Shown here one piece after another: positions 36,874-50,000 of a stretch of 64,000 bases of DNA. Source of the stretch: Octopus sinensis (Eukaryota); contig NC_042998.1 in NCBI RefSeq assembly GCF_006345805.1, forward strand, positions 201,190,001 through 201,254,000, given 5' to 3'. The stretch's first letter is position 1; every line of letters begins with the position of its first letter. The notes under the pieces were generated by a model, which saw only the letters and a program-made list of their open reading frames with translations, did no database searches and was not told the DNA's origin. A program made the translations under genes and the position numbers.

Positions 36874-37431
36874 TATATATATATATATGTATGTATGTAT
36901 GTCTACATGGACAATTCCGTCATATCATAATGCTAATTAATGGCTTTTTGCAATGGAAAACATTTTGTAAACAGAGTTATAAGTGGCACGTGTGTCGGTA
37001 AGCTACAGAAAATAAATAAAAGGATTCGCTAACGCAGAGGACCGGTATAGCATAAAGTAAAGGGTAAATATCATTTAGAAGACGAGGAAAAGTTGCCATC
37101 AAACATCTACAAGGAATCGAAACTAGTGTCCCCACGAATTCCGGTTGAGCGCTCTAACCATTTAACCGAGACACTCTTGATGAGAAATTCTGTCTAGTTG
37201 CAGGGTTCGATTTCTTGTGGAGGTTTGCTAGCCACTTTTCCCCGTCTTCTGAAAGGTGTTTACCCGATTCTATAACCTGTCGTCACAACCTTCCTGAATT
37301 CGAGAATTCCTTTATTTTCTTTAGATTACTGACCCATGCAGCACTTAAGAGTTTCCTTGCAAAATTTCCCTTACGTCAACAATATACCTAAATTCATACA
37401 TACTTGTATACACATTCACAGAAAAAAAACA

Positions 37432-37568
<137 letters not shown>

Positions 37569-39643
37569 AGAGTCAAAAACTCCACGGAGTTAGTGTCAGA
37601 AAAATTAAATGAAGACCAACTGTGCTATCGCAGCATAAATTACTGGCCATGGATATATGCTTAAGTCTGTGGAACAGTACCGCTGACAAACGTCTATACG
37701 AATGCATCATACTGTCTCCCAAACGATCCTTCTTACAACAATGATACAAAAGCTTAGATGGTATCCTTTACAACCAAACCCCGCCTTCGTGACGCTAACA
37801 TTAAAACCTCACAGTCAGTTTAGTGGCCAATTCAGAGAAAATAGGCAATTATTCAAAAATCCCTCTAGCGTCAATTTGGTCCTTCAAAGTTCCTGGTTCA
37901 AATAAATGAAGAAAAACAGAGGTGCTGTGAAACATTGTGCAGGCATTTTACCGAAATGCATAGCCTTGTTCTATAAGCGTATATTTAATCGGTTAAATAA
38001 ATTTCGTTATATAAATAAACATCTTTACCGAAAAACACTGGATATTTTATTTGACTCCTGTTTTTTTATAAAATATTGTAAAAACAAATACCGCTTTTCA
38101 TATTTTCATAAATCAAGATAGAGTAAACAAGTTTTATTAAATATGAAAATTAAAACCAGATTGGATGAATATTATTAATAATCATAGAAAGCCTACACGT
38201 TCTTTCCCGATCTCCCTCTCACACGAACACATACATATTCTCGCCTACTATAATGTGTTTACGCAGTTAGAAACACACATGTTCTAGTACATGCATGCAC
38301 ACGGTCTCACTATAACAGGATAGTCTCATTACTATATACTAAATACTTCCAATTTATTGTGGGTTCCGTTTTATTTAATTTTTTGTAATATATTAATTAC
38401 AATATTGGTCGAATATTTATTTTGATCGTTTAAGTTGAAAATAAGTGTTAAAAATAAGAAAATGTACAGGAACATTCATAAACCTGTTTACATTAATAAT
38501 ATTTGCTTATTAAATTAAATGCAGGATAAAACATTAATGATAGGACCACAATCAAATAACAAGATCCATAATAACTTGTGTGTAATAATTATTTAATCTG
38601 TGTCGGAAGGATGAAAAGGGAAGAAAAAACCGACCTTCGACAACTTTTATATTAATAAAGTATATTATTGACGTATCTTTCAATAAACGCAATAATTATA
38701 AAGAAGATGTTAATATTTAACTTCCATTACCATAGTTGAAGGTAACCCTTCTTTCTGATAATGTTCTCACTATGCAATCTTCGTTTAGTGTTTAGGAATG
38801 GAGGTTGTAATCTCTCTGTAAGAATGCTTTGTTTTAAATTGCCTTAGTGATGAGTAATGTTATACTATTTGGAAATTCAATATAACAATTTCAAATATTT
38901 TCCGTAGGCTTTATGCTGTTAAAAATTCCATCCCATTCCACTCTAGGCACTTGTTTTCCATGTCGCTTGTATTTCTTTTATAAAAAATGTATTTGAATTT
39001 TTTTTTATTCTTGTGAAGTTTATTGCATCCGTGTGGGGAACATTTAGCACCTAGCAGTTCACCCTTGCATCGTCATTAGATAGTCAGGTTCCTCATAACA
39101 CGCTGTTTTATTATTGGAGGCAACGTGCACCACATATAGTTATTTTATCCATTTGGTTTAGCCTGTTTCTCCTCTTCCGCCTCTGCCTATCCAGCTTATA
39201 AATGATAGGTATATTGCTGCTATGATTGGTTACATTCTTGTCATCAGGTCCCCAGTGCCATCGTCGATGCTATTGGGAACTCATCATGCTTTATCTGGTC
39301 CTCGCAAGGCGATAGGTCATTTGAAACTCATAAGATGTTCCGCATAGTGAAAAAGTGCAACTTCAATTATCCTCTATTTGTTGTGTTTGATGCCGTTCTG
39401 CGAAGAGCAACATTCATAATTTGTTATTGTTATTTTGGATTTTCTGGGCAGGAATGTTTGAGGTGCATGTTCTTTCGACTTATACAAAAGGTTTGTTAGC
39501 TTAGATGACAATTTTTTTAGACATTATCCCAGCAATTTCTACATGACACAGATTTGATATGGCTTTGTGATCTTGCAGGCTCAAAAGGACATCTGATTCC
39601 TACAAGTTGACTTGCAGTCAAACAGTACTTCAGCTCTTAACAC

Positions 39644-39693
<50 letters not shown>

Positions 39694-39694
<1 letters not shown>

Positions 39695-39790
39695 ATAGTT
39701 ATCGCCATACTAATATGGCAGTCTTATAAATATAAGACAGCTTTAGCCTTATATTTATAAGATTGCCATATTAGTATGGCGATAACTATT
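39694..39790. mobile_element. (TA)n-associated foldback, 43-bp arms and 11-nt loop
   Basis: aatagttatcgccatactaatatggcagtcttataaatataag / cttatatttataagattgccatattagtatggcgataactatt, one wobble. Confidence 0.9.
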
Positions 39791-40577
39791 AATTTTTATA
39801 TATAATGTTCTAGGCAAATCATTAATATGCTTTCGACGATTCAAGATTATTGTTCATATCTATTGATATCATGCTCTTAACAGAAAAAAACACACCAGCA
39901 AAGCTTTTTGCACCTCACCTATGTCGTATATATAAGCGGTGCGATATGTGCACGGCGAATGAGTTTTTTTTGTTTTATTAAACAAGATTTCAGTTCGATG
40001 TAATTACATTATATATGTCTCTTGTTAATCAGCCTATATTATTAATATTTTACATATCAGTTTAAATCATTATGTTGTTTTCTTGTTCCTTATCTTAGTG
40101 AAATATAATCTCTTGCATATTTTCAGTTTTCATCTTAAGGGCTTACTGAGAAATGTGTAAGGCCAGTGTTTTCATCGGGGACGTAAAAAACTGGAAATGT
40201 TTTTAATGATAATATACACTCGCCTTATAATCCATTTCAGTAAATACTTTAAAAGGAGTATGCAGTATCTCCAAAGTTATCCATATGCAAGCACATTTGA
40301 CACAAATGCATGTTCTTTGCTGGGTTTCGTTGTTGATATGCGAATAATATAGAAATTAATTAAGCATTGATGAAACAAAATAATTAATAAGAATTAGAAA
40401 CAACATATAAAAGAAATAAACATACACACTGTTCTAAAAGTAAGAAAATGATAACTAGAGGCAAAGTAGTAGACTTATACAACAGAAAAAGTACCCATAT
40501 CAATCGACATAAAAGGGTAACATTCATACGTAATATAAATTATGTTCCTTTGTTTCTATATATGTGCATATACATAC

Positions 40578-40623
<46 letters not shown>

Positions 40624-40627
<4 letters not shown>

Positions 40628-40900
40628 CTATCACATGACCGACCAGTCCATCAGATGTAGTTAGGCATCGCTGGTCACAATGCATTCGCACTGTTTTAGC
40701 CTTCGAATGACGCCACCCCGCTGGCTAAGCGAGCTGGCCAACAGACGAAAGAGTGATGAAAGAGTACAGCAGGGATCACCACCCCCTGCCGGAGCGTCGT
40801 GGAACTTTTAGGTGTTTTCGCTCAATAAACACACACAACGAATCGAAACCGCGATCCTACGACCGCGAGTCCGCTGCCCTAACCACTGGGCCATTGCGCC
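40624..40900 (-). mobile_element. tRNA-derived SINE, family C
   Basis: Reverse complement begins aggcgcaatggcccagtggttagggcagcggactcgcggtcgtaggatcgcggtttcgattc. Confidence 0.9.
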
Positions 40901-40920
40901 TATATTGCGCGTACACACAT

Positions 40921-40974
<54 letters not shown>

Positions 40975-41152
40975 ATGAATGTATACATATAGTATAGATA
41001 CTGTGGACAATAAAATTAGCAACTCAGGAGGGGCATGTTTTAGAGAATAATGTATAAGCGAAATGCATTACGGGAGTAAGATCACGATTTATATTAAAAT
41101 GTTCTCCAAAGAGAGAAACGAGTAAAATATATGTATGACATATATATGCATA

Positions 41153-41214
<62 letters not shown>

Positions 41215-41259
41215 GTGTGTGTGTATCAAATGAAATAAAAAACAGAACACAAATGATGT

Positions 41260-41353
41260 CGCGGTACACGTGTTTCGAGCTTTATAAAACAACTTATTCT
41301 TACATCTATGTATAATCGACATAACAGATAGTTTAAAGCCCTCTTCAGCCGCA
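41260..41353 (-). ncRNA. Type-I hammerhead ribozyme with canonical core
   Basis: TGCGG-CTGAAGA-GGGCTTTA-[49 nt]-TAAAGCTC-GAA-ACACGTGT-A-CCGCG: stem I 5 bp, stem II 8 bp starting G10.1-C11.1, palindromic stem III, GUA triplet. Confidence 0.8.
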
Positions 41354-41611
41354 GGAAATTACTACACCAAAGATTGTATCACATTATGAAGAGACCGAAA
41401 AAGAACATTTGGTATTATTTATAATGGTTGGTATTATGAGAAACTCAATATACCTACTTGATTATGAAGATTTACAAACACCTGTTTGATTATGAAGATT
41501 TACAAAAATACTTTCTCAGTGAAACTCAATATACCTACCATTATGAATAATACCAAATGTTCTTTTTCGGGATCTTTAGAATGTGATACAATCTTTGGTG
41601 TAGTAATTGCC

Positions 41612-41705
41612 TGCGGCTGAAGAAGGCTTTAAACTATCTGTTATATCGATTATACATTGATGTAAGAATAAGTTGTTTTATAAAGCTCGAAACATGTGTA
41701 CCGCG
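41612..41705 (+). ncRNA. Second hammerhead copy (A10.1 mismatch, imperfect stem III)
   Basis: TGCGG-CTGAAGA-AGGCTTTA-[49 nt]-TAAAGCTC-GAA-ACATGTGT-A-CCGCG. Confidence 0.7.
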
Positions 41706-41876
41706 ATATCCTTTGTGTTTTGTTTTTTATTTAATTTGATACATATATCCTCTCACCTCTGCTACTAGCTGCTATATACATGTGCTTATACTTATCAAGT
41801 ATTCACCCTGAATTTATTATATATATATATATATATGTATGTATTTATGTATGTATGTATGTATATATGCATATGT

Positions 41877-41917
<41 letters not shown>

Positions 41918-41966
41918 GTATGTATGTATGTATGCATATGTATACATATATATATATATGTATATA

Positions 41967-42000
<34 letters not shown>

Positions 42001-42020
42001 CATATTTATACATATATATA

Positions 42021-42053
<33 letters not shown>

Positions 42054-42531
42054 CTATGTATCTATGTATGTATCTATGTATGTATGTAAGTATGTATGAG
42101 TCAGCGACTTTTGAAGAGGTTGCGAGACGCAACGAAAATTTTAGAAAAATGTAAATAAGTAAATGGGTGGAAATGAAACCAGTGATTTGTAATACGACAG
42201 TAAAAGAGTATGATTCTCCCCAGACACAATAATATATGTGTGTATGTGTGTGTGTGCGTGAGTGTGTGTGTGTGTGTGTGTGCGTGCGTGTGTGTGAGTG
42301 TATGCGTATGTATTATAGTGGAATAATTACTATGAATTAATGTGTAGAATATATTGTATAACGGACCGTGGATAAGGCCTAAACAATGCGAGGTAAATGC
42401 AATGTAAAACATAAGAAAATAAATAAGTGAACTAATGTAGACTTACCTTGTAGTCGATATTTCGGGGTTATGACACTATTTTCAAGAAATAGACAGAATG
42501 TTATCGATGTGCGTGCAAGGCATAACCGTGA

Positions 42532-42566
<35 letters not shown>

Positions 42567-42703
42567 TCAATAAATGGTGGGGTTGTGTTGACCGCACGTG
42601 GAGAAATGATAAGTAAGGAAAAATTTTTTTAAAAATGCAGAATGCTCAAATGAAAGAAAATTTTAATAAAATGAGAAATTGATAAAATATATAAATATAT
42701 ATT

Positions 42704-42744
42704 TATTCAACCGGTTTTCGTCATTGTATGACTTGTCAAGAATA
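42704..42744 (-). ncRNA. Hammerhead-like motif with U3:A8 core
   Basis: TATTC-TTGACAA-GTCA-tacaa-TGAC-GAA-a-ACCGGT-T-GAATA; one extra A after GAA. Confidence 0.45.
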
Positions 42745-43145
42745 TTTATGTTTTAAGAAGTTTTTTTAAAAATTAGAAAGGGGAAAAAAAGAAAATTGCA
42801 TTGTTTTTTGTAAAAGAATAATGATAAAAATGTACAAAAATTAAAAAATAAGTTCTCCGATACATAGTGAGTTCGTTGTGTATCTTGAGTTTTATGGTTG
42901 TTTACGAAAAAATTACCTTGAGGTGTTAAGATCCAAAGGGATTAAGAGCATGTGTTGTGTTGTGTTGTTAAATTCAGCATGTTTACAGGACAGGAAGTAG
43001 TAGTAATTGTGGTCCTGGTTCTTCAGTTCCTGTGTTGTGAGTAAGGGGAGACAACTCTTTTGAGTTCTTCAATAAAACCCAAATTATAAAACTATCATTT
43101 TAGCTTCATTTGCATTATCTTTTTTATATAATTGCTTGTTAACTT

Positions 43146-43380
43146 AACTGGAATACACTGGAATACACTGGACCAGAAGACAATACGGTCCAAGAGTCAG
43201 AGTCGGTGCGTGATCTGGAGGGTGTCACATGAACAATGATGCAACATTTAATGTGCATATTACCAATATGGCAACACTGTGCAGGTGAGTGACTGCATGG
43301 GTTCTGAGGACATTCGGAATCTGCTACTCCTATGGAGGACTTTCGTTCACAGCCGCCTGGACTACTGCTCCCAACTATGA
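43146..43380 (+). mobile_element. CR1/L2-group LINE fragment related to 3400-4215
   Basis: Translates (with stops) as QESESVRDL..NDATFNVHITNMATLCR..WVLRTF..LLWRTFVHSRLDYCSQL. Confidence 0.75.
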
Positions 43381-45039
43381 AAATGTGTACACAACAAAAA
43401 TAATAGAGTGCATATGCGGGTACCATAGAGATATTCAGGCTAGTATAAGACTAACTGTACGCGACTGACTATATCAATAACCTTGAGGCTAATCCCGGAA
43501 TGCAAATTGTACTAGATATATTGTCAATAATATACTTGAGAAGTACGCAAGCAACAAATTCTGCTTAATAATAAATATAAACATATGGATAACGGGTCAA
43601 TTCATTACAGTGATTTCCACCGAATTTTTAATTGATTAATGAAAACATTACAGCATTAGAAAAATAAGTTTTCATCTGGTGAAAATATGCACTACAATAT
43701 TCAAAATCATTCAAAAGCCAACGGAATGATTCTATGAATGTCACTGGTCATAGAATGAATTCATTCAGTTTGGTTGTATCATATTAATACATAAATATAA
43801 TATAATACATATATATATACATACACACACATAGACACACACTTACAATCACGCATACATTCACATACATATGCCATATATGTGCGTGTATGAAAACACA
43901 TATGTAAAAAAAAACATATTTTCAAAGATCATTTTAAAAATTACAATATTTTAATGATATATACACTTTTCAGATGTATTATATATTATGTTACCTCCTC
44001 TAAACTAAAATATTAGCTCAGTAATGCCTGTAAAAATAGTAATCACATAAATATAGACTTACATCAAAAATAATGTTGTTATTTTTTACAATAACATTCA
44101 CAAACCAAGTAAAATTGTATTTTGCTTTTATTTTTTATTGTTACTCTATGTGAAAATTGCCTGTCATCTTTGCAAATTAACAGAGCATGCCATACAGTAA
44201 AATCGTGCATTTAGATATCATATTTGTTTACCTTAACACACGTTCACGGCCATTACTATTTTTACAAACTCTACTACTACTACTAACTACTAACATGTGC
44301 AGGGTTATTGTTTTTATGTTTCATTTCATTTCATTTTATTAATTCACTTCGTTTATTTAACATATTTTTACTTTATTTTTCTGACGCTGCTTTTCATTTT
44401 GAAATTTCTTTTCTAAAGATTTCACTCGGTAAAATGTTGCAAAGCAAAAATTATGTAAATGACATTTTTAATTGTATGTACGCCACTTGTGGCATACCAA
44501 TGTCATGCTCGGTATGGAAAGAAAAGACGGGAAAACACTGAAGAAGGAGAAAAAAAGGAAGTCAAGAAACTCACTCAATCAAATGAGTTAACTTTATAAT
44601 AAACAATTTATATGCAATGTCATATAAAAAGCAATTCCCATACCTTCATGTTGCGTGCTAAAGTGTAACAAATAAAATAGGTTTGTATTCTAAACAAAAC
44701 TTTACAATCAATAATTCTTTAAACGGACCTTTGAAGAATATTGCGGTTGTGAGAAATTACTTTCTTTTGCTCCAGTATTCTTCTTGTTGTAGTTATTCTT
44801 GTTGTCGTTTGCTATAGTTACCATTGTTGTAGCAGTTGTAGATGTTGTTATAGCTGTTGTCTTTGATGGTTATTGTTAGATTGTTGCTGTTGATATTGCT
44901 TTAGTAACCATCAGAATGTAAAATACGTTATAGATTTCCATTCCATTTTAAGTGTGAAATTTCTAGTGAAGTTGAAAATTAGCTTATATGTCACGTGAGT
45001 CCATAAGAAAAAAAAGTTGAAAGTCCCATCATACATAGT

Positions 45040-45370
45040 TAGTCCATCCCCTCCTCACTGTAGTGGGGACGCTGGCAACGGGCAGTGTCAGAGCTATGTC
45101 GTCGAGAACTTCCGTTCCTGATAGGGCCACCCAAGGTGGATTGGTCTGACACCGAGTGGTATTAGGGCCACAACCCGGCAGACGGGGCTCTGGTGAAAAT
45201 CCTCGGAGTGTCCGTTTCGGCAGACAATCTGCGGACAATCTGCGGCAAACAGGATGTCTCTACATGCGGGATTGTTGGGGACCACTTGTGAAATCCACGA
45301 ATTCCCACGAAACTTCTTCCATGAGTAGAAGAAGCCGACTCAACCCACCAAGGGTGAATGTCGCCATAAG
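45040..45370 (+). mobile_element. GC-richer repeat fragment, possibly an RTE-clade LINE 5' UTR
   Basis: cctgatagggccacccaaggtggattggtc resembles RTE/Rex3 5' UTR motifs from memory; no ORF support. Confidence 0.3.
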
Positions 45371-46164
45371 TACAAGTAAGTACATTTCATCGCATCACCT
45401 CCATTTTCTTCCTACAAATTTACACTAATATCATCGTCGTCAGTGTCGATATCCTCTGCCTTCTCCTCCTCATTCCAACCCTCATCATGATACTCATCAT
45501 TGTCATCAACGCACAAAATCACGTAAATACTAATCCTCATCACCCTCGCATTCTTCTTCTCTATCAACGTCAATATGATTATTGTCAAGAAGTAGTGATG
45601 AAGTGAAGTTGATCGGATAGGAAACTGGACAGCAAGCTGGAAGAGACAGCCAGTAAAGATACCGTACCTGACGTCTTAAGGGCGAGAATGGTTCTTGACC
45701 ATTTCTTGAATGCGAAGCATGGGCACTCCGCGTTAGAGCTGGGATTCGTATGATAAAACATTGGAGCACTAAAACGATTCATTGGGATCAAATGACAAAA
45801 TACATGCGTGGTTAATAAACCACTATTCGCTCTTACACTTAGCAGGATGGGCACGGATCTAAGAAAATGAGTGAATATTTCTAGTAGCGATTTGCTCAAA
45901 TGGTAACGGTAGAATGAATATTGAGGTGGACTTTTCTGCCTATAATGAGTACATTTGCTACGATCGATAGAAGTAAAGGTGTGCTGGGAAAAGCCGATAG
46001 TAGCAAGAAAGATACAAGATGCAAGCAAGTATGTTGGTACGAGGGAAAAGTTTCTTACATCCAAATATATAGCACAACCCTATATATACGTGTGTGTATG
46101 TGTATGTATGTTTGTGTGTATGTGTGTGTATGTGTGTGTGTGTCTGTGTGTGTGTGTGTACGTA

Positions 46165-46745
46165 TATATAATCTGGTCAATAAGTATCCGGACTGTTGCC
46201 ATTATAACGAAGCTAATGTAGGCTGAGCAAAGCCGTTGGCACAGACTAACCTTAAACACTGATGTGCATGCGCACTAAATTTTAGCATTCAAGGATAGTT
46301 CCGCTGTTTGCAGCAGTGCTTGGAAGAAATGTGTGTAGCGTGTGATCGTCACATTCACCATGACAGAGAAAGTTTTCATGGCAATACCTACTCAGGGGCC
46401 TGCATAAATTTACAGAAAGCGTATGGATCAGAGATTATGAGCCACACACAAGTGTATGTTTCCATGCTGGGCGAACATATGTCGATATTGACGAACGTTC
46501 TGGCGACCCGCAACCAGCACAACTGAGGAAAACTTTGCAGATATGCGTGCAACTGTGATGGGAAATCGCGCGTAAGCAGACGATTTGGAGATTAGTTACG
46601 GTTCAATTCAGTCCATTATCACCGAAGATTTCTTTATGAGACGCGTCTCTGCTAAGTTTGTGCCAAAACTGTTTTCAGTTGGCCAAAATGTCACTCTTCT
46701 TGATTGTGCGGAGAAAGATGAAAACGTTCTGAAAATTTGCATAGG
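46165..46745 (+). mobile_element. Mariner (Tc1/mariner) transposon 5' remnant; transposase N-terminus from ATG 46360
   Basis: Fragments LQKAYGSEIMSHTQVY, DERSG.P..STTEEN and LEISYGSIQSIITED..MRRVSAKFVPKL (WVPHEL-like motif); frameshifted. Confidence 0.8.
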
Positions 46746-46979
46746 CCTCTGATCAGGTATCACCAAGATTTTGGCAAAATTTGATGTAGGTTGTCTGCTC
46801 AACTTACCGCCATGGTGAATGCGAGAGTCACACGCCACACACCTTCTTTCCGAGTATTGCTGTAAACTTTATGTGTATGCTCAGCAGCGTTCGAGGTCAG
46901 CCTGTATCAAGCAACTTCACTCTGCGTTCTTTAGATTCCTTACTATGACAAGAGTTCGGATACTTATTGATCAGATCAC

Positions 46980-47016
<37 letters not shown>

Positions 47017-50000
47017 CGTATGTGTGTGTGTGTATGTGTGTGCATAACACACTCATTGCTTGTTAAGCATCAACAAGAAGACGGTGGAAGAATGGCCGTA
47101 TCTTTAGGTTTGTAAGTCTGTGAGTAGTGATGCTGCTATGAAAAGACGTGCACATGAAGTAGAAATCGATACTTCCGGTTATTAAATGCAGAAAATAAAA
47201 TGTTGGCGAATATTATCAATTTTTTGGCATTCACCGTTGAGTGAGAAGTCCGAATATCTAAAGTGGATGCAATTCCAGCCTGGCCTGTCCACCACCACTT
47301 TCACTTCATGGAGTATAAACTGTTGATAACGGAGGTAATGAACCTGGCGTTAGCAGGCAGGGTTCTAATTAATTGGATCAATGGAAATATTTTTTAGCTT
47401 CGTTCGACGCTACTTGAATTATGTTTCCAAAACAACCGGTTTAATTTCGTTTGCAGGAGAATGTTTGTACCCGTGTGCAGAATCTCCCACTTAAATTGTA
47501 GCGGGTATAGTTCAGGCTAGATCTTCAGGTAATCTGAGATGACAATAAGAAATTTAAGCAGAGGTTGAAAACGCGTTTGTTGATTCCGTCATAAAGAAAC
47601 CGATTAATCTTCATACTTTGCTTTGTTTTTGGGTCAGACTCAGTGCATCTGCTCTACCCATTGTTGTGGAACTGGTGAGTTCCATTGATCAGTATTTTGT
47701 CTGTTGTGAATTTTTTCTCTGTATTAAATCGGTATGGCTTTCCACAAGTCTTTTACTTGAGAGCAACAGCCCTGTATCAAGTTGAGGTTTAAGTTTTGGC
47801 ACCTAACATCAGGAAATAACTCAGCTATCAGTGAAGCTTTGTGGATGTTGGCGTCCTGTAGAGAATTAGAAGCGAGGGATTACAATGTCAATGTGAATCA
47901 ATTGCCTGGCCTACTCCGGAGAATGTCCGACTAAAAAAACTATGGATAACCTCTGGAACTCCTGACAGTGCTGCCTATAATGCGCTGTTAGAGCAACTAT
48001 CGCCCTGGACTGGATATATCTTTGATGCATAGAGTGATTTGTGCGAAATAATTTTTGGTTTGTCGAAATGTAGCAAAAGGCCTGTTGCTGAGAGTATGAC
48101 AGAATATTTTATCAACCGAATCTATCATAGAAATCGTCCCACGCCCTTTTCCCATCTTTCTTTGGCCAGAAAGTGCAGTAAATTTTCCTTCGTCTTATGA
48201 CCATAACTAGAAAGCTGGGACTGAAAGGATTGAAAAAAATCACATTCGACCAAACCTTCATCAATATATTCATGTTATAATTCGAGAATAAATGATGGCG
48301 TGTGAAGCAATGCAACCTGGCTAAAGTTTTTGAAATGTGGGTGTAAGTAAGTAATACAAGTGAAAGAAAGAACTACATATAAAATGGCGTTCTTATCCTA
48401 GCTGCTCGACTTCGTTAACGTTTGTTGTAAGTTCTTAGACCTATCAGGCTTAGTTGAAAATTCTGTTTGTTGGAATATGTTGTTCCTATTTTTTTACATA
48501 TAAAGTAAATCTTACCTACGTAGTTTTTCGTGTTCTCTTCTACTGTCTATATCTTCCTTGTGCCCTTGTAGCTAATAAGGAAAAATACCAGTATTAATTA
48601 TTTTCACCGTTCTTACAATTAGAAATTGTTGGTGTTATTGTTCTATTCTTATGGCTATTGTTGCTGTCTGAGATTTGACGAAACTGTACTATGGTCAAAT
48701 GTTTCAGGCTTCGCCCATCAGAAATATTTTACTGTCAAAGTATCCTAGGTTCCATAGATCTTCTCTTGTAATGATGCGGTCCACGTGGGGCTTTTCAGCG
48801 TTTGTTGCCAATTGAACAATCATATGCAACCTCGTCATTTCGAAATTATTTTAGGTCAGTCTCTTTATCTTTGTCGCTCCTGATAGAATAATCAAGTGTG
48901 GACTTGCCAATTTGACAATTTGATAATTTCTCAAAATTCCAAAATATTTTAGAGAAAGTTTGCAACTATACGCTTCTTTTTCACTGTTCTTTTGCACAAG
49001 TTTAAAAGTTGAAGTCCATTTTAATTTTATTAATTGTAGTTATGTATCCATTATAACTCATTCCTGACAGACCAACAGGGATACATTTTAAGATATATTG
49101 AAAAGACCTGGAACTATTTATTTAACGTATCTCTTTCCGTTCTTCTTGATACTGATATCATATTCTATTTCGGCCCTTTCGAATTTATCGCTCAGAATTG
49201 AAATGGATTTAGAACTTGTGATCCATATTGTATTCAAGTAGAATTGGCCACTTTTTCTAGGAGGTCAATGGAATAAGTTGGAGTAAATCGGTAACTGCAG
49301 ATATAGAGTTCTTTGAAAGGGAAGTATACTTTTGCTTGAATGTCTTTTCTTTTAGGTTAAATAGACATATTTAAGCTCTCCGTGGTTTTAATGTGGATAA
49401 AGTTGAAGAGATCATAGATTACTTAAATAAATCCACCATATATCTTGCGTGCATTCCTTTACATTTTTCAGCATTACTAAGGGTTATACTTCGTCCTACT
49501 CGGTAAGAGGTTTAAGTCAGTAATGTACTTAATTTCGATGCACTCCACTTCAATCTTCACCGATAATATCTACATGCTAATGTTGGAGTCCCTTAGTGGT
49601 CACTTGTTCTGCTAGTACTAACAGGAAAAATATACGTTGAAATCAGAAAATAGCATGCAAGTTAACATTTATTAAAATTTGTGTAGTATTTATTCTTTTG
49701 TTGTGGTTGTTGCTATTTTCGATGCTATTGATTTTTGTTTTTTTGTTGTTGAACTCCAAGCCAGCTGTAACCAATACGGGATTTTTTTTCAAATATTATT
49801 ATTCTAAATGTCCTTTATATTGTATGACGATTGTATGAGAATATTTCACTTATATACATGATGATATCTCATCAGTTAATTATGATTACCACCTGCTAAG
49901 TTTGTAAGGCTGTTTTCATTCAGATTAATAGCTATTTCATATCAATTCCCCACATATTCAGTTAAGGGAAAACCAGGCACACAATATTATATAACGTTAA

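Larger units (their letters stand above)
41222..41743. mobile_element. 522-bp foldback element with ~213-bp inverted arms, each carrying a hammerhead
   Basis: 41222-41434 is the reverse complement of 41531-41743 (about 15 differences by eye); the 96-bp spacer has internal direct repeats. Confidence 0.9.

Noticed and set aside
47100-48350. Possible decayed LINE endonuclease region
   Set aside because: Composition looks formerly coding, but no diagnostic motif could be read.
48690-48730. Minus-strand ctgatg-ggc-gaa-gcc-tgaaac hammerhead-like string
   Set aside because: A9 is missing and neither stem I nor stem III pairs.
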